The position numbers and the translations under genes are program-made. The notes under the pieces were generated by a model that saw only the letters and a program-made list of their open reading frames with translations, had not been told where the DNA came from and searched no databases. A stretch of DNA of 64,000 bases from Octopus sinensis (taxonomy: Eukaryota), in the NCBI RefSeq assembly GCF_006345805.1, contig NC_042998.1:186744001-186808000 (forward strand), read 5' to 3'. Each line of letters opens with the position of its first letter. Positions within the stretch are counted from its first letter, which is position 1. Of the stretch, positions 54,208-64,000 are shown piece by piece.

Positions 54208-54261
<54 letters not shown>

Positions 54262-54860
54262 TATATATATATATATACATATATACGACGGGCTTCCTTC
54301 AGTTTCCGTCTACTAAATCCACACTGAAGGCTTTGGTCGGCCCGAGGCTATAGTAGAAGACACTTGCCCAAGGTGCCACGCAGTGGGACTGAACCCGGAA
54401 CCATGTGGTTCGTAAGCAAGCTATTTACCACACAGCCACTCCTACGCCTAGTATCGTTGGGCGAAACATTGCAATGACTCCTGGTTTACAAATGGTACAA
54501 ATAACATAAAATAGTATCTTTATCTTTTACCTTTTTACTTATTTCACTCATCAGACTGCGGCCATGCTGAGGCACTGCCTTGAAGAATTTTTTTAGCCGA
54601 ATGAATCGACCACAGCACTTACTTTTTAAAGCCTGGTACTTATACTATCGGTTTCTTTTGTCGTACCGCTAAGGTACGGGGACGCAAGCACACACACACA
54701 CACACACACATGACGAGCTTCTTTCAGTTTCCGTCTACCAAATCCACTCACAAGACTTTGGTCGGTTCGAAGCTATAGTAGAAGACACTAGCCCAATGTG
54801 CCACGCAGTGGGACTGAACTCGGAACCATGTGATTAGAAAGCAAGCTTTTCACCACACTG
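54003..54860 (-). mobile_element. Two adjacent SINE family A copies
   Basis: 54003-54450 and about 54520-54860, both reverse complements of 10460-10920. Confidence 0.87.
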
Positions 54861-55215
54861 CAACAAGACTCCCTTAATGTCTAAACAATCTCTGCCAACG
54901 AGCTTCCTACAACAACTCTTTCCCAGATTCTTTTCCACGCACTTTGACTAACTGAAGTAGCTGGCAACCAATTCCTCAATTTTCGTCGAATCACCAACCA
55001 TTTACCATCAATACAACACACTCACTTCAACGAAGAAAGAAAAACACTTTTGCAAACTTCACAAAATTGTAAAGGAACGAGTCCTATTAAGGAACAGAAG
55101 GTTTTCAGAATTCGCTAACATCGACACTACAGTGCACACATTCAACAAAATAATTATAAGCCCATTCAAAAGATATTCTACATAGCAGCATAAAATATGT
55201 AGCCTCCATTACATA

Positions 55216-55584
55216 TCTCTCTATATATAAACGGCAAAATGTCTGTCTGTGTGTGTGTCCTTTATACAAATTCACAATTTTTCAGTTAGAGGGCTCGTAC
55301 TTTCTATGGTCATTCAAAACCGTCCAAGGGTGGTCGTGCACATCTTTACATTTCCCCAGTCACCCCGCAAAGCCATTAAAAAGATCAATAGAAGTGACTT
55401 TTTTGTGAATTTTCTATCCAAATCCCAATCAAAATGCCCGAAAGTTGATACGCCAATTGAATGCCAGCTAGCTGTATGTGATTGGTCGGAGATTTGGACA
55501 GTACTCGCGTGTATGTGCACATGCACGCAGCTGTATATGCATGCACTAGCACTATGACCCGGCGTTGCCGGATCATAGTGCTAG
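55216..55584 (+). mobile_element. Non-autonomous Helitron with extended terminal palindrome
   Basis: A|TCTCTCTATATATAAACGGCA ... CTAGCACTATGACCCGGCGTTGCCGGATCATAGTGCTAG. Confidence 0.75.
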
Positions 55585-56344
55585 CAAGACATAATCAAAC
55601 TCATGGAAATCAGAGACACCCAAACCATATAAAATTGAAATATAGCTCAGTATCAAACAACCAAACAAAATGACAAAAAAATGATAAACACTAGTAAAAA
55701 AAATTGTATCCGATAGCAACCATAAAACAAATTGTAAAACAATATATATAGAATGTAATCAGTAACGTGAACCACAACAAAAACTACGATCATACCACAC
55801 TCATACCATATCAGCCTCAACTTATACAGCCACATTGCAACACCAAGTGATTCTCGAGCGAAAAATAGTCACCTTCCACCTCGACTACAATTCTGAAAAT
55901 TTCTTTTCATCATACAAAAAAAAAAAAAAAAATAGAGTAATCTAAAACTTACAGATGCTCGGAAATAGACAAAATGACAAAAATACATCTGAAACTCTAT
56001 AATGACAAAAATACTTCTGAAGAATCATCGCACATACCAACATCTGCAACTACTCGTATTACCACTTTCAAATTCAAGAATCTAGGTGCTGGGCAACAAA
56101 AAAAAAAAACCAAGTGAAGTATCCTCATACAAAAATGCAAGTGGACTAACATCAACATACTCATCGATCGCCTATGAACATCTTCGGGAATCTTAGAAAA
56201 GCTAATCATTCCATCATCGACTCACACTTCCATTGTTTAAATCCCAACATCAATGTAGACCATTACATCTACCACCAAACCGCAATCGAACCTAACATAG
56301 AAAATACATGATGTCTTCAACTACGAAAAAAAAGAAAGTGAAGT

Positions 56345-56455
56345 CCGAGTTCAGTCCCACTGCGTGGCACATTGGGCTAGTGTCTTCTACTATAGCCTCG
56401 AACCGACCAAAGTCTTGTGAGTGAATTTGGTAGACGGAAACTGAAAGAAGCTCAT

Positions 56456-56554
<99 letters not shown>

Positions 56555-57082
56555 GTTCTCGTACCTTAGCGGTTCGGCAAAAGAAACCGATAGTAAAGTT
56601 CCATTCTAAACACTGCCGAAATTATCGGAGTTTTCGATTATATTCCTTAAAAAAAGTCGATACCACTTTCAAAAACAACAGTAGTAAATTTCTTGTCATA
56701 CCATCAAACCTACGTCGTGTACAACACTTTCAGAAACGGCAATGTTCCGAATGGTACCTCAGCGGAATTTGAACTCAGAACGTAGCGGCAGACGAAATAC
56801 GGCCACGCATTTCGCCCGGCGTGCTAACGATTCTGCCAGCTCACCACCTTTGTATACCGGCCTCCCCTCTCCACACCACTGATGTTATCCAAGGGAAAGA
56901 TAAAGGCCGATACAGCTTGGCACCCGTGACGTCGCAACTCATTTCTACAGCTGAGTGAACTGGAGCAACGTGAAATAAAGTGTCTTGCTCAAGAACACAA
57001 CACGCAGCCCGGTCCGGGATTCGTGTTCAGAACCTCATGATCGTAAGCTTGACACTCTAACCACTGAGCCATGCGCCTTCAC
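56345..57082. mobile_element. SINE cluster: family A (+, 56345-56595), family B fragment (-, 56755-56850), family D (-, 56855-57082)
   Basis: Sequence matches to other copies in the window. Confidence 0.8.
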
Positions 57083-57307
57083 AACATACTTTCACTAGTA
57101 TATATTAAATAGATCGTCTCTCTGCTTATCAGCAATACAAGATGACCGCAGATAGAACCAACTCTGTAACTCTCAACATTCTGGAAACGAAAATACTTGT
57201 AAAGTATCTATGTACAAATATACCTAGAGCAATCACAGACTGATATCACACTTGTCTAACAGATAGAAACAACAATATTATGCAAATGATATAATAGGGA
57301 TGCGTGC

Positions 57308-57369
<62 letters not shown>

Positions 57370-57499
57370 GAGAGAGAGAGAGAGATGAAAAATGGAAAAA
57401 AACTGACTTACAGACGTTATATATTTAAAGAAAATCAAATTCATACATAGAAATTCCTTGACTAAATAATATATAATATAATAAGAGTAAAGAATAAAG

Positions 57500-57760
57500 A
57501 ATAAAGATCTCTCTCGGTCATTAATGACCATGGGATTATACCTAGAAAGTTCCCCTCCGAGCACAAGTCAGGGAAATGTTGTTTATGGAAGACCAGAAGT
57601 CGCCCATGCATACCACCCTCCCCTCTCCACTCCACCGATGTTATCCAAGAGAAAGGCAAAGACCGATACAGCTTGGCACAAGTGACGTCGCAACTCATTT
57701 CTACAGCTGAGTGAACTGGAGCAACGTGAAAGAAAGTGTCTTGCTCAAGAGCACAACACT
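57500..57760 (-). mobile_element. SINE family D, 5'-truncated
   Basis: 57610-57757 duplicates 56853-57002. Confidence 0.75.
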
Positions 57761-57942
57761 CATACAGATGTACGCACGCACGCACACATACATCCATCAT
57801 GAACTAGGACCCCAAACTCCCTACAAAAAAACTACTAAAACCTACATGGAAAACAAAACAATACACTACACATCCTAACACAAACTACAGCCACTGACCT
57901 CCTACCTAGTAATACAGAAATCTAAAGAAATAATGAACATAA

Positions 57943-58345
57943 GCGTAGCAGTGGCTGCGTGGTAAGTAACTTGCTTACGAACCACAAGGTTCCGGGTTCA
58001 GCCCAACTGCGTGGCACCTTGGGCAAGTGTCTTCTACTATAGCCTCGGGCCGACCAAAGCCTTGTGAGTGGATTTGGTAGACGGAAACTGAAAGAAGCCC
58101 GTCGTATATATATATATATATATATATATGCGTGTGTGTGTTTGTGTGTCTGTGTTTGTCACTCCAGCATCGGTTGACAACCGATGCTGGTGTGTTTATG
58201 TCCCCGTAACTTAGCGGTTCGGCAAAATATACCGATAGAATAAGTACTAGGCTTACAAAGAATAAGTCCCGGGGTCGATTTGCTCGACTAAAGGCGGTGC
58301 TCCAGCATGGCCGCAGTCAAATGACTGAAACAAGTAAAAGGGTAG
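57943..58345 (+). mobile_element. SINE family A, full length
   Basis: Matches 10460-10920. Confidence 0.9.
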
Positions 58346-58599
58346 AGTATGCAAGGGACACGTTTTATTGATGCAGTAAGGTTCAGCTTCCACAGTCTAT
58401 AACACTAGCGGGTACATTACAACACCCTCAGAGCACTATTACAACAACATCCTAAAAACCCTAAACGCACAGAAGTAACTGCAACACCAATAGCCTCACC
58501 GATGGGTGGCTCAACACAAACAAACAAGAAGTGCAGATGAGCAGTATCTGTTACTCTCTGACTGAGTACACTTCACTCACTTTCGTTGTGGTCGCCACC

Positions 58600-59663
58600 A
58601 GAAACAACAGAAACGCAGAAATAGACTTTGAAGAAATGGACTGCGAAGAAAATGCAATATGTCCAGAGTGTCATATCAAAGGTTATGTTATTTGTCATTG
58701 CTTGATCGAGCGTGAGTTATCAGTTAAGCTAGGGAGCTCAGAAATCACAGACAATAAAACCTGTGAAAAGACGATTAAAGAAAGCTTTAAAAATCTTTAT
58801 TCAGTAGAATCAAGCCTGAAATATATGGAGTTGACTTTGACTACTAGATATCACGACAATACACCGAATATATGATTTGGAAAAGGTGCCTGCCATACCC
58901 AAAATATTTCTTCAATGATTTTAATGGACGAAAATTTCCAGTGTCTGTAATCTAAACTGGAACACGAAAAATGAAAGTGTGAACCGATAATCACCTATGA
59001 AAAGCAGTCCTTGTATTGTCTACATCTGTTGGATTATCTGTCATACATACAATGAGATCACTGCAAAGCCAAAGTCGATCATGGTATCCAAGCAAGGCCG
59101 GAATATTTAACATGTTTCCTGAACATGAAAAATGTACGACACTAAACAGCTTTTTTAGGAAGTATGCTGCAGAATATGATTGTAATTTTTCATATACGAA
59201 GAAGACTTTCTTTTTGTTACAAATTTGTAAAATTTATAATGGGAGTTTCTTGGAGACCATGGAACTTTTGGGCCATTACGATCCTGTTTTAGCTAAATAT
59301 ATTTGCAAAGATTAGATATTCACAGGAAAAAAGTGAACTGCTTCATCTTCATTCTCCCAGGATAATCTTCGATTAAATCTATCAATGACTACACAAATTA
59401 TGTTCGGAATTACGTTTGGGTTACATAAGAGCTGCGTAACATTATTCAGTCATTGTTAACACAATGCAGGATTCCATATTTTTGACTAGTCAAGGATGAT
59501 ACTGAACTGGCAAATGAAGAAATATTTTTAATCTTCGTTGATTGTAGTAAGAAGTGGGTAGAATTAGTAAGCTTAACTCCAGAAGCATTCAAATATTTTA
59601 GGATACTTATTCAAGATTGCTGTAGACAGAGATAAAAATGCTGCCATTATATCTGGCCAGTAC

Positions 59664-59665
<2 letters not shown>
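58600..59665 (+). mobile_element. Degenerate hAT (ZMYM1/TTF-zinc-finger type) transposase remnant
   Basis: NGSFLETMELLGHYDPVLAKYI, HYSVIVNT and DCCRQR..NAAIISGQYN, corresponding to the GNF..L, YYS..D and DCRGQ.YDNA.NMSG.YN blocks. Many stops. Confidence 0.75.
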
Positions 59666-59706
<41 letters not shown>

Positions 59707-59884
59707 TTTACACTTGTTCAAAGTCTACTTATAATAGTGAAGGCTTAATATCGCACCGAGAACCTCCCCAATAATAATAATACCAATGTATACTATGAGT
59801 TTCTTTGTCCTAGGAGTCGGGAAGACACTCGGCAAGAAATGGAAGCAAATTTGAAAGAAGAAAAAAAAAATAATAATAATAAGG

Positions 59885-60265
59885 AAATTATTGTATACAG
59901 TGCTCAGGTGCACCACAACTTGTCAAAAGTGCGTATAAAGCATATGCAGTAATGTACAAATGTCTGGAAAGTGAACAGTGTATGAGTCAGATACATGCTT
60001 GCGTGTGTATGGAGGGGAGAAAATCAGGTGTAGTGTTGACGAATCTCAGGAAGTATGGAAGTTTTGAAGGATGCAGTGCTCCGGCAACTAACAACTGATG
60101 CCGGCAGTTTGTTCTATGCTTCAGCAACTCTTAGCGTGAAAAAATGTTTCCGAAAGTCATGGGAGCTGTGCTGTTTTCTGACTTTGAAAACATGTCCACG
60201 GGTGTTAGACAGGTGGCGTTTGAAAAGGTGCTCAGAGTTATTGTTTGTAAGATGGTTAATTATTT
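59885..60265 (-). mobile_element. CR1-clade LINE 3' end
   Basis: Minus translation NTRGHVFKVRKQHSSHDFRKHFFTLRVAEA*NKLPASVV..SFK. Confidence 0.85.
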
Positions 60266-62029
60266 AATCATCTCCAACGACACATAGCATCAAATGCATA
60301 GAGCATTTTTCTCTATGTACCTACCATTCACTAAACTTATATGATATTGATTCTGCAGTATATTGCACAGAGGTAGAGCAAACAATATACAACTTGCTTT
60401 TATTCGTCAGCGCTGGGTTACTCTCGAGGACTGTGAGAGCGAATCCACCCACGCTTTGTCTACCTGTTGGATAGACAAGCGTGATACAATTTTACACTCA
60501 ACTCAACTTGCACTCAAGACCCTTCTGTTTCTCAACCTTACGTCAAAAGCTGTTAATGAAGTTAATGGTGTAATGAAACACATGTGAACCTTCATTCGTA
60601 TCCTGACCCCATTATGACTGAAGATTCTCCTACTGATCGACAACAGAAATTTCGACAGCTCTCTGGTCGTACCCGGTACAAAGCAACACCTCCCAAAATT
60701 GTATCTCCAAGCATTATTTACTTGCCGGTTATTTTATTTTCAACTCGTATCAATCTTACAGGCGAGCTCACATATGTTACAATGTTGCTACCCGTTAAAC
60801 AAGGCTGTTGTCTAGACTAAATTACTTGTTTAAGTGTGTCACTAAGATACTTGGGTATTCACCTGTTTAAAATACATGGGAGTGAATATATAAAGAGTGA
60901 ATAACATAATGACAATTTACACTTGTTCAAAGTCTACTTATAATAGTGAAGGCTTAATATCGCACCGAGAACCTCTCCAAATACCTTACTAGCTCTCTCG
61001 ATCTTAGGAACACGTAACGAAACGGACTGTTAACTTTTTTATTTGCTCTTCTACTGCAATACGTTATCTCAGCATTCCAACGTTTAATTCATGTATGAAC
61101 TATATCTCCCATTTATTACTACAGTTTATTGTAAGCGTATCAGAGGAAATTAAGCGACCGACAAATAAGCGAACAAATTGGTTTCGATAGTGACTGAAGC
61201 CAACACTCTTCCCTTTAAGCCGTTACCACAGTTTATTCTCCTGCCTTAAATTTGTGACTTTACACCAAAATAAAAATTCAAAAAATTAATATTTTATCAG
61301 TATTCCAGGTTGGGTTAAAAATTTTTCCGTATTTCAAGCTTTAATTACTCGTTCAAACAGATTATATATTAAAGAAAAAAAAGCATTTATTCATCAAAAT
61401 ATATCCCATCATATTCTATTGTTTCTTGCCATCGTTGTGCCAGAGGCTCAGTTCCACGTTTATAACCATTTGACAAAAAAAATAAAACAGAAAAAAAAAC
61501 TCCCTGCACTCGTTTTCAACCTCATCCACGTTATTGAATCTCCGTTTGTACAGGAAATGTGATAATCTGATGCTACAAGACCTGGGCTGTTGGCAGGTAG
61601 AGTCAGCACTTACAACTTCTCAAGTTCTTCAAGTCTGCACTCTGTCACATTGTCAGTGTGTGCTGGAGGCATTGTCATGCTGTAGGGGTGTGCGTCTTCG
61701 ATTGACCAATGTCGAGTAGCGGGCTTTGAAAGTATCAAACTCTCTACAGTTGTTGAGCGTAAAGGTTGGTGTTCACATGATCATCTGGGACAAGCTCAAA
61801 GTCAGCACTCTCTCGAAATTCCACCAGACACACAACATGACTTGTTCAAACTGCCCTTGTTTGACAACAGGTTCTGAAGTCTGGCTGGAACCACTGATTT
61901 TTCCTATTCTGATTGCAAAAATATTGATATATATATATAGTGGGACTGAGCCCGGAACCATGTGGTTGGTAAGCAAGCTACTTACCACACAGCTTGTAAA
62001 CAGACGTTGTTGAGAAGCTATATACATAT

Positions 62030-62201
62030 AGGCGCAGGAGTAGCTGTGTGGTAAGTAGCTTGCTTACCAACCACATGGTTCCGGGTTCAGTCCAACTGCG
62101 TGGCACCTTGGGCAAGTGTCTTCTACTATAGCCTCGAGCCGACGAAAACCTTGTGAGTGGATTTGGTAGACAGAAACTGAAAGAAGCCCGTCGTATATAT
62201 C

Positions 62202-62236
<35 letters not shown>

Positions 62237-62452
62237 TTGTGTTTCTGTGTTTGTCCCCCAACATCGCTTGACAACCGATGCTGGTGTGTTTACGTCCTCG
62301 TAACTTAGCAGTTCGGCAAAAAGAGACCGATAGAATAAGTACTAGGCTTACAAAGAATAAGTCCTGGAGTCGATTTGCTCGACTAAATGCGGTGCACCAG
62401 CATGGCCACAGTCACATGACTGAAACAAGTAATAGAATAAAAGAATAAAAGA
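62030..62452 (+). mobile_element. SINE family A, full length
   Basis: Matches 10460-10920. Confidence 0.9.
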
Positions 62453-62697
62453 AAGATCCATTTTCATCTCGTTACGATTCGGCGCCCAAAACGAGCTTCC
62501 AGAGGATTTGTCAGCAGTTATTTGCAAATGTTCACACGTTGAGCCTAGTCATTGGTCAGTGCACGATGCACTTCTCAACAGCGTCTGTTTACAAGGCCGA
62601 GCTTTATGGAGGTGTCGATTAATGGAGCTTTGTGAAGGACCAAGTTCTGCTAACAATGTACGAGTGTTTGTGCTTGGTTGTTGTTCAGCCATTTCAA

Positions 62698-63077
62698 GCG
62701 TGGAGGCGCAATGGCCCAGTGGTTAGGGCAGCGGACTCGCGGTCGGAGGATCGTGGTTTCGATTCCCAGACCGGGTGTTGTGTGTGTTTATTGAGCGAAA
62801 ACACCTAAAGCTCCACGAGGTTCCGACAGGGGGAGGGCGACCCCTGTTGTACTCTTTCGCCCCCAACTTTCTCTCACTCTTTCTTCCTGTTTCTTGTCCC
62901 CGACTTCCTACGCAACCGCTGAGCCTGGATGCGCATTCATCCATCCGTCGATGCTCTCGGTGTCTGGGGTTGACCTGCTTTCTCTTCTGCGGGTCTTACA
63001 AATAGCAAAAGACCACGTTTCGGACTTCTCCCATCTTGCGGGCTCTGGGACGAAGACCGTTCGCTCAACAGCAACAG
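62698..63077 (+). mobile_element. SINE family C, full length
   Basis: tRNA-like head and CAA-type tail. TSD CAGCCATTT(C/A)AA at 62686-62697 and 63078-63089. Confidence 0.88.
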
Positions 63078-63405
63078 CAGCCATTTAAATCATGGCCTCA
63101 TCTTCCATAGAAGAAGATCTCCTTAACCTTAGTTTTTCATCGACGTTGATGCCACCATCCTTGAAACGTCTGATGTAGTTCTGTGCCACACATTCCTTGA
63201 CAGTTCCCGGATCTCCTGCATCATTAATTTCTTTTGCCGCTGCCCTTGCACTTGGTCCTTTTTTCCACAGGCAGCGTAAAATAGCACTAATTGCAATTTA
63301 TTCACCATTTATTTTTAAAACTGTAAAATAAAGAACAAACAATGTTTATGTGTTATATATGAAAATAAAGAATAACCAATTCAGTAACGACTGAACAAGT
63401 CGTCT

Positions 63406-63640
63406 AAGGCGGCGAGCTGGCAGAATCGTTAGCACGCCAGGCGAAATGCGTAGCCGTATTTCGTCTGCCGTTACGTTCCGAGTTCAAATTTCTGCCGAGG
63501 TCGACTTTGTCTTTCATCCTTTCGGGGTCGATAAATTAAGTACCAGTTACGCACTGGGGTCGATGTAATCGACTTAATCCGTTTGTCTGTCCTTGTTAGT
63601 CCCCTCTATGTTTAGCCCCTTGTGGGTAATAAAGAAACAG
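63406..63640 (+). mobile_element. SINE family B, full length
   Basis: Matches the 23659 unit. Imperfect TSD GA(C/T)TGAA(C/A)AAGTCGT. Confidence 0.88.
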
Positions 63641-64000
63641 ATTGAAAAAGTCGTATCAAATTAATGATATAACATGTAAATACAAGTTACCAAAAATCAT
63701 CAGTAAAAATCCGAAAACTTTTTAAACTCAATTTGGTATGTTGATGATATGGGAGTGGCAGAAGACGTGGCATACAAATTAACATTCCTGTGATATTTAG
63801 TTATGTTCTTAAGTTGAACTCTCTAGGTTCGAATTCTACCAAAGTCTACTTTCATTGATTAAAGTATGGACTAATGATCCTCTCTACTATCAGCGCAAGG
63901 CATGTAATTTAGGGGAGGGGGGCTGGTCGATTTTATCGATCCCAGTGTTTTGGTATTTATCTAATAAACATGAAACGATGAAAGGCAAAACCAGCCACGT

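Larger units (their letters stand above)
61490..63310 (-). mobile_element. Mariner transposase pseudogene fragmented by SINEs
   Basis: N-terminal HTH (LWKKGPSARAAAKEIND..RRFKDG), RIVTRDE near 62470, VMLCVWWNF at 61810-61850 and LQHDNA near 61670. Confidence 0.85.

Noticed and set aside
62698-62775. tRNA-like heads of SINEs as tRNA genes
   Set aside because: No complete cloverleaf; they continue into SINE body and tail with TSDs.

Overview
AT-rich, repeat-dominated eukaryotic DNA with a 100-N assembly gap at 46672-46771. It is most likely from an octopus or other coleoid cephalopod; this is inferred from tRNA-derived SINE types and microsatellite load, not from a database search. The only clearly intact gene is tRNA-Arg(ACG) at 13457-13529 (-). 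Most of the rest is transposon debris: R4/Dong RT-RLE LINEs in (TAA)n tracts, a CR1 3' end, two mariners, pogo/Tigger and hAT remnants, MITEs, four non-autonomous Helitrons, four tRNA-SINE families and many simple repeats. Almost all ORFs in the track are microsatellite or SINE artefacts. The main discovery is a set of type I hammerhead ribozyme motifs, mostly with palindromic minimal helix III, at 6728, 34359, 48279, 48910/49179 and 49591, plus a mariner-disrupted one at 3710. Three have unusually long helix II extensions. Most lie in short non-coding units in (TA)n/(TATC)n tracts, two as inverted pairs, which points to non-autonomous Penelope-like or retrozyme-type RNAs. A weakly supported multi-exon host gene may run on the minus strand across about 24.8-39.9 kb.
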